Position numbers and translations under genes: made by a program
Notes under the pieces: model-generated
The model's database searches: none
Seen by the model: only the letters and a program-made list of their open reading frames with translations
Told to the model about the DNA's origin: nothing
Part shown: piece by piece, positions 53,937 through 64,000 of the stretch
Numbering within the stretch: position 1 is the stretch's first letter
How the letters are laid out: every line of letters starts with the position of its first letter
DNA from: Azolla caroliniana
Lineage: Eukaryota; Plantae; Polypodiophyta
Assembly: GCA_043228905.1 (NCBI GenBank)
Contig: JBHGNT010000015.1
Coordinates: forward strand, 7,192,001-7,256,000
Direction of reading: 5' to 3'
Length of the DNA: 64,000 bases

Positions 53937-54608
53937 GGATTGAACCCATGGTTAAAGTAACCATAGTCATCTTAACCAATGTTGGTAACTTTGAGGATAG
54001 TTAGTTTGTAACCATAGTCACATTAACTATAGTAACTTATGATTGTATTAATGATTACAAAGTCAAACTAACATATTGATCAATCTTTTATACTCATAAC
54101 AACCTACAATCACTTCAAAGGTTATTAAGGAGACAATGATAGAGGTTCATGAATGTACCAATGATTGATTACTAAAAGCAAAATTTTTTATGACTCTCAA
54201 TAGTTATGTATTAAAGATGTGGGCATGAATTAACCAATGATTGATAAGTCTAATATTTAAAATGGTGAGCATTAAAGAATCAATGAGTGAGACGTTCTAT
54301 ATCAAAATGGGTGTCATTAATTAGCCAATGATTTTAACATTAATCCAACATATTCAAGGCTTGTTAATGATCAGTTTTATATTTTACTTGATTTAACATC
54401 ATTTAGATCTAGTTTATATAATGATTGATAATTTAAGTTAAATTACTTTATTAAAAATAATTTTTAGATGTATTGTATTTTAATAGAATATTACATAATA
54501 TAGACATTCTATTGATTTGGCTTTTGTTTAGAGAGAAGTTTATGTTTAGGGAGGAGTATATGGTTAGAGAGGAGTATAACTTAGAGAGCCCTATCTAGAC
54601 CTTAAGCC

Positions 54609-57371
54609 ATGAGTGAAGATTCACCGTTCTCGATTGAAGAATATTGTTTGTCATCAGACCCATCGTTTTCTACTGAAGAGTATTGTTTATCAACAGAGTC
54701 ACCATATTCGATTGAAGAATATTGTCTTTCGACCGACTCACCATATTCTATAGAAGAATATTGTCTGAGCTCATCTACATGGAATGCAAATAATGACACA
54801 TGTGAAGAGTTCTCTATTGAAGAATACGATATTAATAAAGATACCGGGAATGAAGGAAGTGCCCAGGAAACATTGAATAACATTGAATTAGACTGTAACA
54901 AGGTTACACCAACCTCTATGCAGGAAGAGAAATCTGGGAGCCCTATGCATATTAGAAGAATCCCACGAAGAATTCGTCTGGCTAGATTTAGCTTGGTGAC
55001 ATCAGATAAACAGATTGGATTTGATGTCAACAAAATATGTTGTGCCCGTGGTTGTATGTCTATGATTGGAAAATCAAAGTTGCGAGAATTAAGGCGATAC
55101 TATTTTTCGATGACCGGTGATGAGCAAGACACTTACCTCGGGTCACATATGCAACTAGTATCTGACAAATGTACGGGGATCAAAGTATCATTCGAGTATT
55201 ATATCTTCCATGCGCAACAGATATGTAGAGTTGCATTCAAAATTGTGTTATGTGTTAGTAACATGCGGCTACATAGAGTACAACAACGTCTACTTAGCGG
55301 GGATCAGATGCTCAATTGTAAAGAGGTTCCAAGTATGAAAGGTGCAATTGGAAGACTAGCTATTGGCTGGATGAAAACTTACTTTCAGTTAAATTGTGAA
55401 GTAATGCCCACTACAGGTAGGATGCATCTTTCTGATAATTATACCCGTCGGGAAGTTTATGATGTCTATCGATCTGAAATGCTGGGCTCACGTAATAAGT
55501 CTATCACCTATAGCCAATTCACAAGATTATGGAGAGCTCGGTTTTCAAATGTTATTATTCCTCGTAAAGTACGTATGGGTTATTGCTCCATTTGTGCAAA
55601 TCTTAAAAGTTTGGCTAAAGGTGCAAAGACATCAATGGAAAAGGATACGAGTAAGAAGTTACTACAAGAGCATCGTGAGGCACAATCCTTAGAACGAAGG
55701 AAGGCGATGCATCATAGAGAGAAGTGTTTGAAGAGGCCTGAACAATACATGTGCTTAATGATAGATGGCATGGACCAGAAGAAGACATGCTTGCCGCATA
55801 TGCGGAGGCTCCCCAAAGATGTCAATGATGAGTGCCTTGTTCAAATGCACTTGGTGGGATGCTTGGCTTATAATAGGTCTGTTCGACCTCACGTCTTCAT
55901 TACTTACCCCAATGTTCACAATGACCCTAACCTAACAGTTACAGTGATTCACCGAGTTTTGATGTCTTGGGGACAACCTTTCCCCCCTGTTCTATACATT
56001 CAATTGGACAATACTGCTAGAGAGAACAAAAATTCAACTGTATTTGGCTATCTAAGTATGTTGGTCAACCTAGAATTGTTTAGGAAAGTGAAAGTCAATT
56101 TCCTTTTGGTTGGCCACACACATGACCATATAGATCAGATGTTTAGCACATTCTCCAGACAGTTGTCTCGGCATGATGCTTTCACTTTACCTAAACTATT
56201 TGATGTCATTTGTGATGCATATACACCACGCCCAAAAGTGTTACACTTGAAGGAGGTATATGACTTTAAGAGATATATATTAGATGGGGGTGGTGGGAAT
56301 GTTAAAGTGCTTGCTCAGTTAAACAATATAAGTTTCAATCACATTTTTTTGATAAAGAAAAATGGAATAAGTGGTTCTACACTTTTGTATGCTAAACAAT
56401 ATTCATCTTCTACAACATGGGAACCTGAAGGTGGTTGCCAGTTATTACTTTGTATGCCGAGTACAATTGTCCATGGAGCTAAGCAAATGCCAATTGAGAA
56501 GAAAGGACAGTTGCAGAGCGACTTGGTATTAGAACAAAAACGGTCATGGCTCCAAGCCTTAGAAGAAAAAAGAAAACATATTGAGGCCGCCAAGAAATAT
56601 GCCGCACAACAAGACACGTCATGGTGGGATGTATTTTATAGTGATCAGAAAGAAATTATAGACAATTGTGTATCTGTTGATAATTGGAATTTGGAAACGC
56701 CATTCACATGGTCGCTGCAACATGATCGCGTAAATAGAAGTCCGGAGCGACTAGTAAATGCGATTAATGACAGCTTGGTCCATCCACAACAAAGAGACAT
56801 TTATGTGGGACCAAGGATGACCAAAGCAGCCGAAGCTAGATGGCAAGGAAATTTGCAAGAGCTCACCGCGGGGATGTTGATTGCAACGCCGGCTGATGAG
56901 AACTCACATGGCCACCAATTTTGGGTTGGTAAAATTCTAGAAGTGCTAATGCATGAAATAGATAACACGATCAAGTCTATAAATGTTCATTGGTACAACA
57001 CTAGAAGTGCAAATGCTTTTACAGGTAAGTATACATTGGAGATGATTGAATGCCAAACAAGAAGGGGAGGTAGGAAGAGGAAGCGAAACATTCGTAACAC
57101 CTCGACCCTTGATATCTCTGATGTGGATATCATCGTGTACGACTTCACACTTACAAAAGCCGGACGATTAAGGAAGTCAACAATAGATATAATAAAAGAA
57201 AAATTACCAGGTCTACAAGGTGGCTCGAGTCAAAGGCAAACGAGATCTGCTACATATAATCTAGAGTCAAACCATTTGGTTTATGACGAAGATAATGCAC
57301 TGATTGGTACATCCGAGGATGATGAGGAGGAATCGTCATTGTATATTAGTTATAGTAGTGATTCTCCGTAA
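54609..57371 (+). CDS. Sola-like (DUF7869-type) DDD transposase, 920 aa
   Basis: Single intact ORF. Cys motifs CCARGC, ICRVAFKIVLCVS, CSICANL...H. Candidate catalytic triad IDGMDQ / QLDNTARENKN / FLLVGHTHDHIDQMFS. NLS-like RRGGRKRKR. Confidence 0.88.
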   Translation: MSEDSPFSIEEYCLSSDPSFSTEEYCLSTESPYSIEEYCLSTDSPYSIEEYCLSSSTWNANNDTCEEFSIEEYDINKDTGNEGSAQETLNNIELDCNKVTPTSMQEEKSGSPMHIRRIPRRIRLARFSLVTSDKQIGFDVNKICCARGCMSMIGKSKLRELRRYYFSMTGDEQDTYLGSHMQLVSDKCTGIKVSFEYYIFHAQQICRVAFKIVLCVSNMRLHRVQQRLLSGDQMLNCKEVPSMKGAIGRLAIGWMKTYFQLNCEVMPTTGRMHLSDNYTRREVYDVYRSEMLGSRNKSITYSQFTRLWRARFSNVIIPRKVRMGYCSICANLKSLAKGAKTSMEKDTSKKLLQEHREAQSLERRKAMHHREKCLKRPEQYMCLMIDGMDQKKTCLPHMRRLPKDVNDECLVQMHLVGCLAYNRSVRPHVFITYPNVHNDPNLTVTVIHRVLMSWGQPFPPVLYIQLDNTARENKNSTVFGYLSMLVNLELFRKVKVNFLLVGHTHDHIDQMFSTFSRQLSRHDAFTLPKLFDVICDAYTPRPKVLHLKEVYDFKRYILDGGGGNVKVLAQLNNISFNHIFLIKKNGISGSTLLYAKQYSSSTTWEPEGGCQLLLCMPSTIVHGAKQMPIEKKGQLQSDLVLEQKRSWLQALEEKRKHIEAAKKYAAQQDTSWWDVFYSDQKEIIDNCVSVDNWNLETPFTWSLQHDRVNRSPERLVNAINDSLVHPQQRDIYVGPRMTKAAEARWQGNLQELTAGMLIATPADENSHGHQFWVGKILEVLMHEIDNTIKSINVHWYNTRSANAFTGKYTLEMIECQTRRGGRKRKRNIRNTSTLDISDVDIIVYDFTLTKAGRLRKSTIDIIKEKLPGLQGGSSQRQTRSATYNLESNHLVYDEDNALIGTSEDDEEESSLYISYSSDSP

Positions 57372-57693
57372 AGGAGTGATCATGAATGTATATTTGGCTA
57401 TTAAGTGTAACTACATTCCGCTTGTAACAAATCGAGTAATATAAAATCATGTGTTTTGAATTCTTATGATTTCCCAAAAATCGTTTCTTATAAAATAACA
57501 TTGGTTGTAAAGTTTGTGATATAAATTGAGAATGTATGTTTTTGAAATTCGTCTTTTTTTAGTTACTTCTAAATCACGAAAATAGTGGATTTTTAACCTT
57601 TTTCATAGTATGTTTGAACTTGTATGATACTGGTATCAATGTGTTTTGTAAAATCATTGAAAAACCCCTAAAATTTCCCTTCTCCTTCCATTT

Positions 57694-57729
57694 ATGCGCG
57701 ATCCTTCCACTTGTGAACGCGAACGTGTT
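57694..57729 (-). repeat. Right terminal inverted repeat
   Basis: atgcgcgatccttccacttgtgaacgcgaacgtgtt. Confidence 0.95.
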
Positions 57730-57847
57730 GTCCCTCAATTTTATACATTGTACATCGTATATAAGGATATGGGTTCAAGTCTCTCAAATATTATTAAATA
57801 CAACATTTAAGCTTATTTTTATATTGTGAAGCACATTCTTCACGACA

Positions 57848-58630
57848 ACGCCCGTTAATATCTGGTTAGGAATAAGTTTGCATTACGGTCTTCGCCTACC
57901 CCACTTGCACCACCCTTTGGTGAAGTGTCCTAGAGGGACACCCTGTGTTAGGGCTAGTCTGGCCCCAAGGAGTAACATAGTTTTTGGCGATCACGATTCC
58001 TGCTCAAGCGCAATGAATAGCGGGGGGCTTGGATGACTAGACAAACAAACTACCCAACAACGGAGCGAGCGAGACGACTCGCCGAAAGATTGCAAAAGCA
58101 TGAAGCGTACCACCAGGCGGCAGAAGAAATCTATGCGGATCGATCCTTTTCAAAGGTGATCCGGCGAGTGGCCGCGGAGTCACTCCGTTTGTAGCAAAAT
58201 TCCCATCCAGACGAAGGAAGCAGTTTAAGTAGTCTAAAGGAAGCGGAATCCATCCTACAGGCATTAGCAGCGGGAGAAGGCGATTCAGAACCATTTTCGA
58301 CGTTCGAATTGGATTCGGACGGCGAGTACAACGCACATTCGAATTACCGCAGCAGTCACGACACCCCGGACGGACTGGAGGATGAGGAATCGGATAATAT
58401 ACCAACACCGGAACCGACGATAACAGAACGGGAAGCTTTAGGAAGGCACGAGGCGGATCAACCTCCGACACCGCTTCCAATAGAAGAGGTGGAGAGACCA
58501 TCGTCAGCACCAGCTCGAGTTCCGACACCGGACGACGATATGCCGTTCCAATATCCCAAGTGCCAGGATGTTCCGAACGCGGAAGCTCATGTATATGCAT
58601 TTCTACAAACATGGGAAGCAAGCCATGTGT
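57848..58630 (+). mobile_element. Probable retrotransposon 5' region / gag remnant
   Basis: FQYPKCQDVPNAEAHVYAFLQTWEA resembles a gag N-terminus. Cut by the copia at 58631. Confidence 0.45.
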
Positions 58631-61600
58631 TGACAGGAACTACACGCTCCCGATTAGCAACGCTCGGCCACAACTAAGCTTAGAATCAAACACAAAAAAT
58701 GGGGAATGAATGCACGACACAATGGAGAGAAGAGAACACAGGATGTTAACGTGGAAAACCCAAACTAGGGAAAAAACCACGGCAACCCACAGACTGCAAA
58801 CTATCATTATGTCAGAATGTACAAATGGTAAAGCACCGAAGCAACGACCTCGAGCTTTCTATCTTCGCCACAGGCGGTGGTTACAATAGAGGCAACGACC
58901 TCTTCCTCTCTCTCACTCTCTCTGTACACAGTTGCGCGCTCTAATCTTGCGCCAACAAGAATGACAACAACCTTACATTAAGTTTGCCCTAAGTCATATT
59001 TATACTAATATGACTTTCTGGCTATTTACAAATATAGCCCCGATGGACTCTCAGAAACATATTTGCGAATATGTCCCTTCATCCGGTGAGCACTCCTCAC
59101 CGGGCCTGCATCATCCGGCGCTTGCCGGGCACATGTCATCCGGTTCTCACCGGTTCTTCCGTTGCCGGGTACTCCACATCCGGTTCTCACCGGGTCTTCA
59201 CCATCCGGCTCTTGCCAGGTACTCGTCATCCGGTTCTCACCGGGTCTTCCGTTGCCGGGTACTCCACATCCGGTTTCGGCCTCAGCCGATAGGCCGAGAC
59301 TTCCCATTCGGAGGGACATGTTTACTAACAAACTCCCCCTTCACTCCGGCATGGGATGTCGTACTAGTCTGATCCGCTTTCGACATGCATTCAGCTTGTC
59401 AGGTATCAGTACTTTGGTCGTGTGGATCTTCGTCAGCGCGAACTCCTGGTCATCTACTCTTTCCCGGATCCAGTGATACCTTCGCTGGTTATGCTTCGTC
59501 CGGGAATGGTAGGCCGCATTCTTAGCAAGGTGGATGACACTTTGACTGTCACAATAGAGCCGATATTCATCTTGCCGGATATCGAGCTCTCCGATGAAGT
59601 CCTTCATCCATAATATTTCCTTGCCGGCTTCCACAACCGTCATGTACTCCGCCTCTGTGGTTGACAACGCAATCATCTTCTGCAGCCTCGATTGCCACGA
59701 AACAGCTCCCCCTGCATACGTCATTACATACCCGGATGTAGACCGGCTGGTATCCACATCAGCCGACATGTTCGAATCGGTAAAACCGTCAACTTGAGGT
59801 TTTCCGGAGCCGAATCGGAGACACATATCTGAAGTGCCCTTCAAGTACTGGAGTATCCATTTGACCGTGTTCTAGTGCTCCTTGCTGGGATTGCTCATAA
59901 ACCGGCTCACCACTCCGACTGCGTATCCTATATCCGGTCGGGTACACACCATTGTGTACGTTAAGCTCCCGACGGCAGAGGCATATGGAACCTTCATCAT
60001 ATCAGCCTTCTCTGCTTTCGTCTTCGGGCTTTGCTTATTGGATAACCTACAGTTTGCCGGAAGTGTCGATCCGACCGGTTTCGCATCTGACATGTTGAAC
60101 CGCTGAAGCACCTTTGTCACGTATTTCTCCTGTGACAACCACAGTTGCTTCGTTGGCCAGTTCTGGATGATATGCATCCCCAACATCTGTCTTGCCGGAT
60201 CCAAGTCTTTCATCGCGAAGGTTTGGTTGAGAGCCTTCTTCAGCATCCGTATTTTGGCTTGGTCCAGTCTGACAATCAACATGTCGTCCACGTACAGAAG
60301 GAGTATCAAGAAGTCGCCTTCTTCGAACTTCTTCACAAACACGCAGTGGTCAGCCTGTGTCTTGTGGTACCCTTTATCGGTCATGAAGGAGTCGAACTTC
60401 CGGTACCATTGTCGGGGAGCCTGCTTTAGTCCGTACAGGCTCTTCTTCAATCGGCATACCAGGTGCTCCTTCCCCTTCTCCATGAATCCTTCCGGTTGCT
60501 GCATGTAGATCTCCTCTTCGAGGTCACCGTGAAGGAATGCCGTCTTCACGTCCAGCTGCTCTACCTCGAGGTCCATGCTTGCTGCTATACTCAGCACTGT
60601 CCGGATGGAGGTCATCTTTACTACCGGGGCAAATATCTCGTCGAAGTCCACGCCCTTCTTCTGCTGGAACCCCTTCACCACGATCCTGGCTTTGTATCTC
60701 GGGGGGTTGCCGGCATCTCCCGGTTTCAACTTGTACACCCACTTGTTTCGGAGTGCCCGCTTTCCTTTCGGCAACTCCACCAATTCGTACGTATGGTTCT
60801 CATGCAGGGAATCCATCTCATCCTACATGGCACTTAACCATTTGCGGATGTGGGTGTCATCCTTCGCCTCTACGAAGCTTTCTGGCTCACCCTCATCGGT
60901 TAGCAGCACATGCTCTACATCCGGAAATCTCCAGGGGGCCCTTCTCTCTTTGAGAGGATATCTCAGTCTTTGGGCTTCGGTAACCGGGCCCTCCATTTAC
61001 TCTTCATCTGAATCCGATTCGGGGTCTTGGCCGGTTCCGGTTTCAGCTTCCTCTACTTCTTCTTCTGCCGGTTCGGTATCCTCACCTTAAACGGCTGGTT
61101 CCTCGAGTGCTTACCGGTCTCTTGCCGGTTGGGTCTGCTCATTGTAGAATTGATCCTTACCGGTCGTCTCGGGGTTCATTATCTTCTTCTCCGACTCCCA
61201 ATCGGCGAGCGTCATGTCCTCCATGAAGATAATATCTCGACTCCGGAATACCTTCTTGTCAACCGGGTCCCACACTCGGTAGCCGAACTCATCGTCGCCG
61301 TAACTGAGGAATATGCATGGCCGGGTCTTTGGATCTAACTTTCCTCTCCGGTCCTTAGCTACATGCACGTATGCGAGACACCCGAACACCTTCAGATGCC
61401 GGGAGGGCACTTCCTTACCGGTCCATACTCTCTGTGGCATGTCTCCGTCCAAGGGTATTGAGGGTGATCTGTTTATCACATATGTCGCCGTCGACAATGC
61501 CTCAGCCCAAAACATCTTGGGTAATTTTGCATGCGCGAGCATACTCCGGACCCTCTCCATTATGGTTCGGTTCATCCTCTCAGCCAGCCCGTTTAGTTCC

Positions 61601-64000
61601 GGCATCTTCGGCACGGTAAATTCGAGCCAGATTCCCTTCGAGTGACAATACTCCTCGAACTGCCCCCGGTATTCACCTCCGTTATCTGCTCGAATCGCCT
61701 TCAGCTTCCGACCGGTTTCTCTTTCCACTCTCGCGTGGAGCCTTTTGAAGACGGATAGCACCTGATCCTTCGTCTTCAACGGTGTGGCCCACAGCTTACG
61801 GATGTGGTCATCTATGAACATCACGAAGTGCTGCGATCCTGCATGTGACTTTGTGTCCACTTGACACACATTAGTATGCACCAACTCCAGTGGTGCATTA
61901 CGTCTCATCGGTGGCCTTGGTCGGAAGGAGGTCCGGTTTTGCTTATCGGCCAGACAATCAGTGCACTTCTCCAAGTGCACGTTCTTCATTGGAATGAGGT
62001 TGTCGTCTGCAAGCCTCTTCATCCCCTTCTCGCTCATGTGACACAGCCTTTTGTGCCACAACTCACCGGCAATGTCGGATGCCATGTTCACTTCCTCCGG
62101 ACATAACCGAGCATTCATCAGGTACAACGTGTTTACCTTCTGGGCCCGAGCCACAATCAGGCTCCCTTTGCTGAACTTCATAACACCGTTCCGGATGCTA
62201 CCTATGTAGCCTTCATCATCTAGCCGACCGGCTGATATTAGGTTCAGACGAACCTCCAGAATGTGTCGGACATCCTTCAGCAACATCTTGCATCCGGTTG
62301 GTGTTGCCAGCCACACGTTTCCTATGCCGAAAATTCGGCATGTACCTTCATTCCCCATCCAGACACAACCGTGATCACCGACTGAGTAGGATGAGAAGCA
62401 TTTCCGGTCCGGGGTAAGGTGGAACGACGCTCCAGAGTCGACAACCCAGGTCATCTCGTCGCCGACAAGGTTTATCTCACTCTCCTCGGTGATGAGCATC
62501 AACTCTTCTTCACTTGACGCGATTGCCGTCGTTCCCTTCCGGTTCGGTTTCCTTGTCCTTTCGGAAATGCCGACAGTTCTTTTGGAAGTGTCCCGGTTTG
62601 CCGCAATAGAAGCAAGTAGGCCTCCCCCTTGAATTTGATCGTGTCCTCGACTTTTCCCGGTTTTGGGGACTACGGTTTCTTTATCTTCCAGGTTCCGATT
62701 TGGTAAGGAGTGTTTTGGAGTCGGAGCTCGTATCCTTATCTTTCCGACACGCCTCCTCATCTAGCAAGCTCGACTTCACTATGGCTAGGGATAACTGTTT
62801 CCCTTCCGGCCCGGCGTTGCCCAAGGTGACAACCAACGTCTCCCAGCTATCTGGGAGGGAACCGAGCAAGAGCAGCGCTAGTACCTCATCGGCGAGAGGT
62901 ACTTCCAATGATGTTGCCTGGTGAATCAGCCCCTGGAAGGCATTCATGTGCTCCGCCATGCTGGAGCCATCTTGGTACCGGAGTCTTACTAGCTTCCGGA
63001 ATACCGAAACCTGATTAACAACATTTTTGTTTTGAAACATAATGACGATCTTCTCCCAGAGCTCATGAGCCTTGCTCTCTTCATTGAAGTTGTTGTATAG
63101 GCTCATGTCGATGAAGCACCGTATGTACGCCGTTGTCTTCATGTGCATCACCTCCCATATCGCGACGTCGATCTTGTCCAGTCTCTTGTCCCCGAACTAA
63201 ACAGGCAACCAAAGATCTTTAACCACGAGCATGTCCCTCATCTTCGACTTCCACACCGAATAGTTGGAGCCGGTGAGCTTGAACATACCTCCCAATGAAT
63301 CATCCATTTTTTTGTGTCGTTTCGCTCTGATACCACTTGACAGGAACTACACGCTCCCGATTAGCAACGCTTGGCCATAACCGAGCTTAGAATCAAACAC
63401 AAAAAACGGGGAATGAATGCTCGACACAATGGAGAGAAGAGAACACAGGATGTTAACGTGGAAAACCCAAACTAGGGAAAAAACCACGGCAACCTACAGA
63501 CTGCAAACTATCACTATGTTAGAATGTACAAATGGTAAAGCACCGAAGAAACGACCTCGAGCTTTCTATCTTCGCCACAGGCGGCGGTTACAACAGAGGC
63601 AACGCCCTCCTCCTCTCTCTCACTCTCTCTGTACACAGTTGCGCGCTCTAATCTTGCACCAACAAGAATGACAACAACCTTACATTAAGTTTGCCCTAAG
63701 TCATATTTATACTAATATGACTTTCCGACTATTTACAAATATAGCCCCGATGGACTCTCAGAAACATATTTGCGAATATGTCCCTTCATCCGGTGAGCAC
63801 TCCTCACCGGGCCTGCATCATCCGGTGCTTGCCGTGCACATGTCATCCGGTTCTCACCGGGTCTTCCGTTGCCGGGTATTCCACATCCGGTTCTCACCGG
63901 GTCTTCACCATCTGGCTCTTGCCGGGTACTCATCATCCGGTTCTCACCAGGTCTTCCGTTGTCGGGTACTCCACATCCGGTTTCGGCCTCGGCTGATAGG
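58631..64000 (-). mobile_element. Ty1/copia (Tnt1/Tork-like) LTR retrotransposon, disrupted; 5' LTR runs off the window
   Basis: 3' LTR 58631-59330, PPT 59331-59341, PBS complement gctctgatacca 63324-63335, 5' LTR from 63338. Gag-pol fragments 62681-63151, 61111-62760, 59872-60816, 59341-59844. Confidence 0.95.

Larger units (their letters stand above)
48463..57729. mobile_element. Intact Sola-like TIR DNA transposon (9267 bp) carrying a ParB-methyltransferase gene and a palindrome array
   Basis: 36-bp TIRs with 1 mismatch, 4-bp TSD GTCC (48459-48462 and 57730-57733), and two divergent uninterrupted genes. The Sola assignment rests on motif recall and the 4-bp TSD. Confidence 0.92.
45570..57847 (-). 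mobile_element. Degenerate tRNA-Trp-primed gypsy (gag/protease remnant plus 5' LTR), with the DNA transposon inserted in its LTR
   Basis: Gag 46799-47704 is homologous to the gag at 28502. PBS complement tcacgtcgggttcacca at 47723-47739. LTR pieces are 47744-48462 and 57734-57847. Confidence 0.8.

Noticed and set aside
53658-53979. Short ORFs with CSV/STQ repeats as genes
   Set aside because: They are translations of the palindrome end and the 9-bp tandem repeat.

Overview
Repeat-rich land-plant genomic DNA, probably from a non-seed plant such as a fern or lycophyte (inferred from Tcn1-like and tRNA-Trp-primed Ty3/gypsy elements). It holds one clear host gene, an 8-exon alpha-type Aurora kinase (39455-41316), two uncertain secreted-protein ORFs, and many nested Ty1/copia, Ty3/gypsy and MULE remnants. 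The standout is an apparently intact 9267-bp cut-and-paste DNA transposon (48463-57729) with 36-bp TIRs and a GTCC target-site duplication. It carries a 920-aa Sola-like DDD transposase and, divergently, a 5-exon 972-aa gene that fuses a ParB/Srx-like domain to a beta-class DNA amino-methyltransferase (DIPY...LDLFSGTGTT). An array of 11 near-perfect palindromes lies between the two genes. Two more pieces of this family are in the window: a closely similar transposase-side end (25913-26506) and an older decayed ParB gene copy (about 6400-7570) with related palindromes upstream. All domain and family calls are by eye; no database searches were run.
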